From Alistipes shahii (GTDB lineage Bacteria > Bacillota_I > Bacilli_A > RFN20 > CAG-826): a stretch of 64,000 nucleotides of DNA. Below are positions 1-7,155 of this stretch, in pieces (the stretch's first letter is position 1; every line of letters starts with the position of its first letter). The stretch lies in NCBI GenBank assembly GCA_963598795.1, contig CAVBUY010000005.1, forward strand, positions 4,298-68,297. The letters are read 5' to 3'. The notes beneath the pieces were generated by a model. That model was not told the DNA's origin, did not search any database, and was given only the letters and a program-made list of their open reading frames with translations. The position numbers and the translations under genes were made by a program.

Positions 1-1
1 A

Positions 2-334
2 GTCGAAGCCACTTGCGACAAAGTCGCTTTGATAGACAAAGGACATATCATAGACATGGTCGAATTAAGCAAAATATCGTCGCCGGACATTCAGGTTTTC
101 GAAGCGGTTTTCATAAATGCGGATGAGATGGATGGGGCGTTAAAAGATTCGGCCTTCAAAGTCAAAAAAACAAGAAAAGCCAATTCATTGAAATTCGAAG
201 TTCCGAGGGAAAACGCATCGGAATTCATTCGATTCTTGTCCTCGTTCAAACTTAAGGCGCTCATAGAGGAACACGATACTTTGCAAAATTACTTCAACAA
301 GAAATTCAAGGAGGGCGGTTATGAAACTAAGTAA
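2..334 (+). CDS. ABC transporter ATP-binding protein, C-terminal part (5' end lies outside the window)
   Basis: The frame is open from the window edge. It reads VEATCDKVALIDKGHIID, the typical end of an ABC ATPase core, followed by an ~85-aa C-terminal accessory domain. Its stop overlaps the start of the downstream permease by 14 nt. Confidence 0.6.
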   Translation, partial: VEATCDKVALIDKGHIIDMVELSKISSPDIQVFEAVFINADEMDGALKDSAFKVKKTRKANSLKFEVPRENASEFIRFLSSFKLKALIEEHDTLQNYFNKKFKEGGYETK

Positions 335-2126
335 GTCTTTATTCAAGCAATGTCTCAAAACCAACGGAATGAGTTGGCTTATCATAACGATTTTGGAATG
401 CGTGATGGTCGCGGCCATCATGGTCATCACCGGAGGAGATTCCATAGGAACGTTAATTTCTTCCATAAGAAACAGCGTCCTCCAATCCGAATTGGATGGT
501 TATGTTGGGAAAATGTCTTTGAATTTCTATTCGATCGGTTTGGTTTCAGAAACCAAATACGACTCTTATTTCGCTTCCGACTTTTCTACTACTTATTCAG
601 ATGTGAAGGATTATGCCGCCAAGATCGATGATTGGTATACGGAAATTCCTTCCGAAGGCAATTATGATAGCCAAGAAGAATATCAAGCCGCCTATCAAAT
701 TTGGATGGAAAAGATTCCGACTACGGAAATAACTTTGTGCAAAAATTACTCGAAATCGTTCGTTGCCTGGGTCGAATCCAAACCTTCTTCCGGTTCTTTG
801 GATGAATGGAACGCTTCAAGGCCCACTTCCATTTCCTTTTCCAAAAAAGAAGCGGTCACTTCATCTAACGAGGAATTGACGAATTATTACGACGCCTACG
901 CTAAGAGTTTGGGATACGCCAAATATACCGACGATTGGATAATGGTCATGCAATCCGGTACGGGTCCGGTTTGCCCGATGGATCAAGTCATAGAGATGTA
1001 TGAGAACAACGGCATCGAATTGCTTCCAGATTATGACGTCGATTCCTTGATTCCCCATATTTTAGATGGGACTTTCGAAACATACGTCAATTCCAATGAA
1101 AGAAAAGAATATAGAAACGACCGCTCGATAGTGGCCGCTTGCAAAATGGCGGCCTGCACCTTAACGGCCAAAGAATCCGTCGAGGTCTTATTGAATATGA
1201 TCGCCGAATACGGAATAGACGAAGAAACGTTCAACAGCTTCGGCTATACATTCGACAAAGTATATTCGGATTGCTACGAAAGGATATTGTCTTACGAGGT
1301 AAGATATAACTATCGTCTCGAAGAGCTGAACAAGCAGGCCGAAAAAGAAGGCTGGAGCGACGAAGTGTACGCCGAAAAATTGAACGAGACAATGAATTCT
1401 TTGGTGGAAAAACTAGCCGGTTCCTTCTTATCTAGCTTACCTGAAGACGTTTCAGGCGCCATTGAAGAAGTTGGTCAAATGGATATATATGGCCTAATCG
1501 TCGGTTATATATTCTATAAGATCGCCGGATTGCTCCTTCCGATGATTTATATGATTCTTTCCATCAACAACATGGTTGCCGGAGCCGTTGATTCCGGATC
1601 GATGGCCTATATTCTTTCAACCGGAACCAGAAGGGAATCCGTTACCGTTACCCAAGGGCTTTTTATGACATTGAGTCTCTTTGCCATGTTCTTATGCACC
1701 ACCGTGACTTCCGTTATTTGCTATCTTACGGTCAGAGCCTTAAATACTGGCGTTACGCTAGGTGGAATATTCTTAATGAACGCCGGGGCTTTCTTGGTTT
1801 TGTTTGCCTTAAGCGGATTCTGCTTCGCCATAAGTTGCATATTCAACCGCTCAAGATATTCATTGGCCGTTGGAGGAGGGCTTACGATTTTCGCCTTGGT
1901 CGCCACGATCGTTGGCTTGTTCGGGTCTGAAATAATGCCTTCCATCATAAGGTTCGACGCATTGAACGTCTTCAATTATTTTTCGATCATCACCTTGTTT
2001 GACGTGATGGATATAACGGCGAATTCCGCAAACATCTATTGGAAGTTGTCAATCTTGCTTGTGATAGGCGTTGCGGGATATGTATTTGGAACGCTAAAAT
2101 TCAAAAACAAGGACCTTCCGCTTTGA
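321..2126 (+). CDS. ABC-2-type permease with a large extracytoplasmic domain (601 aa)
   Basis: ATG at 321 is preceded by AAGGAGGG. One N-terminal TM helix is followed by a ~370-aa soluble region and then ~5 C-terminal TM helices. The gene is translationally coupled to the upstream ABC ATPase. Confidence 0.55.
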   Translation: MKLSKSLFKQCLKTNGMSWLIITILECVMVAAIMVITGGDSIGTLISSIRNSVLQSELDGYVGKMSLNFYSIGLVSETKYDSYFASDFSTTYSDVKDYAAKIDDWYTEIPSEGNYDSQEEYQAAYQIWMEKIPTTEITLCKNYSKSFVAWVESKPSSGSLDEWNASRPTSISFSKKEAVTSSNEELTNYYDAYAKSLGYAKYTDDWIMVMQSGTGPVCPMDQVIEMYENNGIELLPDYDVDSLIPHILDGTFETYVNSNERKEYRNDRSIVAACKMAACTLTAKESVEVLLNMIAEYGIDEETFNSFGYTFDKVYSDCYERILSYEVRYNYRLEELNKQAEKEGWSDEVYAEKLNETMNSLVEKLAGSFLSSLPEDVSGAIEEVGQMDIYGLIVGYIFYKIAGLLLPMIYMILSINNMVAGAVDSGSMAYILSTGTRRESVTVTQGLFMTLSLFAMFLCTTVTSVICYLTVRALNTGVTLGGIFLMNAGAFLVLFALSGFCFAISCIFNRSRYSLAVGGGLTIFALVATIVGLFGSEIMPSIIRFDALNVFNYFSIITLFDVMDITANSANIYWKLSILLVIGVAGYVFGTLKFKNKDLPL

Positions 2127-2140
2127 TTTGAGTCATTTTT

Positions 2141-2974
2141 TCAATCAACAATTATCCGCGTTTTGTCTTTATCGCAATCGTCCAATATCAGTTCCTTATA
2201 GCCTTTGACTCTAATAGTTCCGTTTATGGGATTCTTGATTGAATCAACGGAAGATAAAATCGTCGCGTCTATATCCGAGCAATATTCGAAAGCCAAATCG
2301 GTTTTTTCCAAGACACAATCGATGAGTCTGATGTTCTTCATATAGCAAAAGCCCTGATGAGAAATGATTTTGCAGCGAATCAAGGTCACGTTTTCGCTGT
2401 TCCAGCCGAAATATTCGCCTTCGATATAAGAGTCTTCCACTACGATGTTTTTAGAATTCCAAAAAGCATCCTTGGTTTTGAAATAAGAATTCTTGATGTG
2501 GATATTTTCTGTTCCATCGAAGCAATACTGCCCAATAAGCTTAAGGTTCTCGATTTCCATGTTTTTGGAATTCATGCCGAAATAATCCCCATGCGTCTCG
2601 ACGTTCTTTAGAATTATTCCATCGCACCACCAAAAAGTTTCGACCCCATTTGGTATGGAACAATCTTCAACCGTCACGTTTTTGAGTTTCCTAAGGGATT
2701 TGGGTGAATTGAATATACAAGAAGAAAAAGTGGCATTCGAGGTATACCAAATGGCCGCTCTGGCCGTATCGTCGAATTTGGAATCCGAGCATTTTATCTT
2801 AGAAGAATACCATAAGGGGTATCTCCCGACGAAATGGCAGTTCTTCACATTTAGGTTTTCGCATTCTTTCAAAGGAGATTCCCCTTCTATGAATGTGCAA
2901 CCATCGATTGAGGCGTCTTTGGTTTTAAATAACGCCCTTTCTTCATCATAAAGCTTATTGAGATATTCGTTCAT
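2141..2974 (-). CDS. DUF3737-like beta-helix repeat protein
   Basis: 277 aa. The N-terminus (EERALF..K...I..C.F..GESPLKE, then RYPLWYS) and the periodic N/D-I/V-x-I/V-E/D-N/D-C/S repeats match my memory of the DUF3737 right-handed beta-helix family. Confidence 0.55.
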   Translation of the reverse strand: MNEYLNKLYDEERALFKTKDASIDGCTFIEGESPLKECENLNVKNCHFVGRYPLWYSSKIKCSDSKFDDTARAAIWYTSNATFSSCIFNSPKSLRKLKNVTVEDCSIPNGVETFWWCDGIILKNVETHGDYFGMNSKNMEIENLKLIGQYCFDGTENIHIKNSYFKTKDAFWNSKNIVVEDSYIEGEYFGWNSENVTLIRCKIISHQGFCYMKNIRLIDCVLEKTDLAFEYCSDIDATILSSVDSIKNPINGTIRVKGYKELILDDCDKDKTRIIVD

Positions 2975-3033
2975 ACTTGAAAACTTTAATCTAGAACATT
3001 GAGTTTCTCAATGGATTAGGCTAATTTATTTTC

Positions 3034-3798
3034 ATGAAAATAATCTCATTTAACGTCAATGGCATAAGAGCCATATTGAATAAGGACTTCGCGGCTTCCT
3101 TTAAATCATTGGACGCGGACATATTCGCCATCCAAGAATCGAAGTTTAGCGAAGATTCCCATCTCTTTTTCCCCTTTGAACCGGAAGGCTATCATACCTA
3201 TTGGACGGTTTCAAAAGTGAAAAAAGGCTATTCTGGCGTAACGGTGTTTGTTAAGAAAGAACCGCTATCCATACATTACGGATTAAAGGACGGAAAATAT
3301 GACGAAGAAGGCAGAGTTATAACCTTGGAATACGAAGATTTCTATTTTGTGGCCGCTTATGTCCCAAACGCCGGAGAAGAATTGAAAAGACTTTCCTTTA
3401 GAATGGATTACGAAAAGGATTTATGCGACTACCTAACGGATTTGGATAAAGTTAAGCCCGTTGTTTATACCGGCGATCTAAACGTCGCCCATAATCCAAT
3501 AGACCTTAAAAACCCAAAATCCAACGAAGGTAACGCCGGATATACGAAAGAAGAAAGAATGGCGTTTAATAATCTTTTAAGCAAAGGCTTCATAGACACT
3601 TACCGCCATTTATATCCTGAGAAAGTCGAATATAGTTGGTGGTCGTATCGTTTCCAATCCAGAATGAAAAATATCGGTTGGAGAATCGACTATTTTTTGG
3701 TGTCTGAAAGACTAATGGATAAAGTGATAGATTCCCAAATACACAACGAAATATATGGATCCGATCATTGCCCGATCGAATTGGACATCGATTTATAA
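3034..3798 (+). CDS. xth: Exodeoxyribonuclease III (AP endonuclease)
   Basis: 254 aa. MKIISFNVNGIRA at the N-terminus, QESK, YTGDLNVAH, WSYR and the C-terminal GSDHCPIELDI are all ExoIII/EEP family motifs. Confidence 0.9.
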   Translation: MKIISFNVNGIRAILNKDFAASFKSLDADIFAIQESKFSEDSHLFFPFEPEGYHTYWTVSKVKKGYSGVTVFVKKEPLSIHYGLKDGKYDEEGRVITLEYEDFYFVAAYVPNAGEELKRLSFRMDYEKDLCDYLTDLDKVKPVVYTGDLNVAHNPIDLKNPKSNEGNAGYTKEERMAFNNLLSKGFIDTYRHLYPEKVEYSWWSYRFQSRMKNIGWRIDYFLVSERLMDKVIDSQIHNEIYGSDHCPIELDIDL

Positions 3799-4836
3799 AG
3801 GGAAATTAAACAATAGCGAGCAAATATAAGACCCAAGGACGATAAGGGCCACTACAAAGGTCAAAACAAAGCCTCTCTTTTTGCCATTGAAGAATTTGGT
3901 GAAGCATTTAAGGATTGTTAAAAGCCCGATCGCCAAAATGACGATAGCCCCAAAGATCGTCATCCATTTCGCGCTTATATCATCCCAAAATATTCCGCGG
4001 TCGGATATTTTGCTTACCCCGCATGTCGCCTTCCAGGAAATGAAATCCGCGATGGAGAGAATGGAGAAATTGAAGGTACAGGAGCCAATCATGTTTCCAT
4101 ATCCAGCATCGAAGTTTTTGAGTTTGAAAAGATGGAATGTAGAAATGACTTCCGGCAAAGAAGTGCATATCCCTAGCAATACCGCCCCTCCAACGGATCC
4201 CTCCAAAGCCGGAATTTGATCGACTATCAATTCAGTTACCAAAGAAATGCCAATAGAGACTCCGATCAAAACCAAGGACAAAGAAATGAATATCGCGATT
4301 ATCGCTTTCAAGGACAACTTCGATTCTTTCTTTTCTTCGTCCAAAGCCATTTCGTCTTTTTCTTCGGATTTCGGCTGCTTGATTATAGTTATGACGTAAA
4401 CGATGAATATTACGATGCTTAAGGCATTTATGTCCCCTAACATAGGCTGATATTCAACCGGCGCGAACAAGGCGTAAGCCGTGCAGGCATAAAAGAAAAT
4501 CAATACGCAAAGAGAGAATAAATGGAATTTGTTTATCTTGCAGGTTCTGAAATTTTTAAAGAACATAAGGCTATATACGCCCAAAATCATCAAGTTGAAG
4601 ATGTCTGATCCCAATATATCCCCAATAGCCAAACTCGGGTCTTTGACGATAAGCACCGAACTTATGGCCGTGAACAATTCGGGAAGGGAAGTGACAGCTG
4701 CTAGTAATACCCCACCGATAAACGCCCCGCTTATCTTGGTCTTTTTATCCAATAAATCGACCATATCGCCCAATTTTATGGATACGAACACGACCAAAAT
4801 CACTAAGACGATATATAAAGGATAAATCCACCACAT
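3793..4836 (-). CDS. Ca2+/cation antiporter (CaCA, YrbG-like sodium/calcium exchanger family)
   Basis: Polytopic membrane protein with two alpha-repeat motifs (GDILGSDIFNLMILG and GNMIGSCTFNFSIL). The start is placed at ATG 4836, which is preceded by GGGAGG; the TTG at 4854 in the ORF track lies inside that RBS context. Confidence 0.7.
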   Translation of the reverse strand: MWWIYPLYIVLVILVVFVSIKLGDMVDLLDKKTKISGAFIGGVLLAAVTSLPELFTAISSVLIVKDPSLAIGDILGSDIFNLMILGVYSLMFFKNFRTCKINKFHLFSLCVLIFFYACTAYALFAPVEYQPMLGDINALSIVIFIVYVITIIKQPKSEEKDEMALDEEKKESKLSLKAIIAIFISLSLVLIGVSIGISLVTELIVDQIPALEGSVGGAVLLGICTSLPEVISTFHLFKLKNFDAGYGNMIGSCTFNFSILSIADFISWKATCGVSKISDRGIFWDDISAKWMTIFGAIVILAIGLLTILKCFTKFFNGKKRGFVLTFVVALIVLGSYICSLLFNFPL

Positions 4837-4912
4837 AACGGCCTCCCGTTTCAATGTTTGTAATTATAAAGAGGCGGATATAGGTTAGCGAACGCTAAGT
4901 TGAGCAAAGGAA

Positions 4913-4943
4913 CAAAAAACCGCCCATCTTTAACAATGAACGG
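4913..4943 (-). terminator. Rho-independent terminator closing the partner-switching operon
   Basis: On the minus strand: CCGTTCAT-TGTTAAAG-ATGGGCGG (8 bp including 2 G.U pairs), followed by TTTTTTG. It lies directly after the stop of the 209-aa gene. Confidence 0.5.
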
Positions 4944-4951
4944 CTTTGATT

Positions 4952-5581
4952 TTACTGTTTGTCGTAATCCGGCAAGGTATATCCTTTTTCTTTGACGTTC
5001 TTCAATATCTTTCCAAGCGGCTTAGTGTGCCTAGAAAGGGTCAATACGCGTTGGAAGGTTACCAATGATGGTTTATATCTGTTTTCCAATTCCTTGAGTT
5101 TGTCGTTCTTTTCAGCGACGATAGGTTCGACTTCCGCGCGTTTGGAAGCCCCGATATTCCTTACGTTGATTTCAAGATTTTCCCTAATTTGGGTCATTGT
5201 GTCGACGTCGTTTTCCTTCTTGGCGATTTTGATTTTTTCGTTGGCCTCTTTCTTGGCGGCCTTTATCTGCTTTTCGTAAATCTTGTTGGTTTCTTTGATT
5301 TTTTTGTCATATTCCTTGGCGGTTTCTTTCTTTTGTTTGCCGTAGTCTTTGATAACGCCTTTTTTCATGTCTCTTTTGGCGGTTTCGTTTCTATCCAAGG
5401 CCGAGTCGATGGTGGCGTCCGCCTCATCGTTGACGACGGTGTAGATGAAAGAGATGCTCTTTTTCAAATTGACGGTGTAGACGATGAAAACCACTAAGGT
5501 GACGATCAAGGCCACGCCTAAGACGATGGCAATTATCATTCCGATATCGATATTGTTTTGGCTGGTAGCTAAGAAGTTCAT
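4952..5581 (-). CDS. Hypothetical membrane-anchored Lys/Glu-rich coiled-coil protein
   Basis: 209 aa. A single N-terminal TM helix (IGMIIAIVLGVALIVTLVVFIVY) is followed by a K/E-rich predicted helical region. It is the last gene before the terminator, 57 nt downstream of the STAS gene. Confidence 0.5.
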   Translation of the reverse strand: MNFLATSQNNIDIGMIIAIVLGVALIVTLVVFIVYTVNLKKSISFIYTVVNDEADATIDSALDRNETAKRDMKKGVIKDYGKQKKETAKEYDKKIKETNKIYEKQIKAAKKEANEKIKIAKKENDVDTMTQIRENLEINVRNIGASKRAEVEPIVAEKNDKLKELENRYKPSLVTFQRVLTLSRHTKPLGKILKNVKEKGYTLPDYDKQ

Positions 5582-5638
5582 AAAATTCCTCCGTGGAGAT
5601 TATATATCTCAAATTGACGATAACAAAATGTTATCGGC

Positions 5639-5938
5639 TTATTTTTCTTCCAATAAGGAGCTAAGTCCCGTCATATCCAAGACTTCCGAAACCGAAGAAG
5701 TGGCGTTTACTAATGTAAATGACTTATTTTTGCTTTTTTGGGTTTTATAGCCCATTAAAAACAAGCGAAGCCCGCTTGAGGAAACGTATTCCAGCTCTTT
5801 TAGATCCAAAACAATGTCTCTAAGATTCTCAAATTCGCCTTTCAAAGCTTTTTCCAATATAGGGGAATTCACGGTGTCAAGCCGGCCTTTAAGGCGAAGC
5901 GTTACCTTTTCATTTTCTTCTTTTCTTTCTATTTCCAT
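5639..5938 (-). CDS. STAS-domain anti-sigma-factor-antagonist-like protein (SpoIIAA/RsbV family)
   Basis: Contains LDLKELEYVSSSGLRLFL with the phosphorylatable Ser motif, and the C-terminal VLDMTGL motif. The start is placed at ATG 5938, preceded by GAGGAAGGG; the ORF-track start at 5953 is a TTG. Confidence 0.8.
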   Translation of the reverse strand: MEIERKEENEKVTLRLKGRLDTVNSPILEKALKGEFENLRDIVLDLKELEYVSSSGLRLFLMGYKTQKSKNKSFTLVNATSSVSEVLDMTGLSSLLEEK

Positions 5939-5949
5939 TTTACCCTTCC

Positions 5950-7155
5950 TCAAATCGAAAGATCGTCAACCTCGTCCAACAAGAAATTGAGCTTAGCCAA
6001 ATACATTTCCTTTTGCTTTTGGTATTTCTCTTCTTTATCCATTCCTTTATAGATGATGTGTCTAAACAAACGGAGGCTGGAAATGACCCCGACTTTCTTT
6101 TCGATTTCCAATAATTTATCTTTGTCTTCTGTGCCGAAATAATATTCCAAGGTCTTGTTCCAAACATGATTTCCTTCTTCGAAGCTGAGTCCCAAGAATT
6201 GTTTGATATTGTCATGGTCAAACAAAGAAAACCCAACATAAGCGTCATATAATCCCGAGAATTCGAATATGGGATTGCCGCGGCTTAATGTGTCCATATC
6301 GATTAGGAGGACTTCGTTATTTTGCATCAATATATTTTTGAAATGGAGATCGCCATGGATGATATGGTTGGTGTTTGAAATGCCTTTTACCAATTCGAAC
6401 AATTTTTGGTATTTCTCTTTCGAAAGATAATCTTTGGCGAACTCGACCCAGCCCATCACCACGTCTTTTTGGTTAGGCATTTCATCTGGCTTTACTTCCG
6501 CGTTATGGATTTTCTTCATCAATTCGACGCTAAGCTTTATGTATTTGTCTATGTTTTTAGGATCTTTTAACACACACTTTAAAAATGAATCCGCGTCCAA
6601 CATCTCAAACACCGAGCCATATCCATCTCCCACTTTAACGATATCAAACGGAATGGCCGTGGGGATGCCTAATATAAAGGCTCTCCTAGCCATCTTCACT
6701 TCTCTTTCGATATCCGACAAGGAATCGGGATTCAAATAAACTTTGACGATGGTGTCAGGCGAAGTCCTATACACCAACCCGTTGGCCCCTTTTCCGATTA
6801 TTTCCGCCCCTAAGATAGATATTTCCCTGAAGGCTTTTTCTACCTTCATCATCTCGGTAAAGCCCGTCATTTGAAAAATCTCATAAATGTCGTTGGAGGC
6901 GTTTATTATCTTTAAGTTCGGCTCAAGCTTCAAAAGACGCAAAATGACGCGCAATCCGGCGCTCGAAACATATTCCAGCCCATTAACGTCGATTATCGTC
7001 TTATCGTGAGTTACGCTAGTTCGGACATCTTCTATTTCGCGGTCGATATTTGTTGCATTGCTGGAATCCACTCTTCCCTTCAAATAGAGAACTAGCGTTC
7101 CGTTTTCCGATTTGAAATCGATCTTCTCCATCTTATTTTTCGTCCTTTCCGACAT
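5950..7155 (-). CDS. STAS domain fused to an APH/choline-kinase-like phosphotransferase domain
   Basis: The N-terminal ~105 aa form a STAS domain (IDVNGLEYVSSAGLRVIL ... IFQMTGF). The C-terminal ~290 aa have a Gly-rich loop (GKGANGLVYR), VKV Lys, the Brenner motif HGDLHFKN and IDMD. An alternative start is ATG 7131, just after the upstream stop. Confidence 0.7.
   Translation of the reverse strand: MSERTKNKMEKIDFKSENGTLVLYLKGRVDSSNATNIDREIEDVRTSVTHDKTIIDVNGLEYVSSAGLRVILRLLKLEPNLKIINASNDIYEIFQMTGFTEMMKVEKAFREISILGAEIIGKGANGLVYRTSPDTIVKVYLNPDSLSDIEREVKMARRAFILGIPTAIPFDIVKVGDGYGSVFEMLDADSFLKCVLKDPKNIDKYIKLSVELMKKIHNAEVKPDEMPNQKDVVMGWVEFAKDYLSKEKYQKLFELVKGISNTNHIIHGDLHFKNILMQNNEVLLIDMDTLSRGNPIFEFSGLYDAYVGFSLFDHDNIKQFLGLSFEEGNHVWNKTLEYYFGTEDKDKLLEIEKKVGVISSLRLFRHIIYKGMDKEEKYQKQKEMYLAKLNFLLDEVDDLSI

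Noticed and set aside
5940-6248. 102-aa minus-strand ORF in an alternative frame of the STAS-kinase gene
   Set aside because: It is fully nested in the 401-aa ORF, whose frame carries the kinase-like motifs. The alternative frame has no RBS and no motifs.
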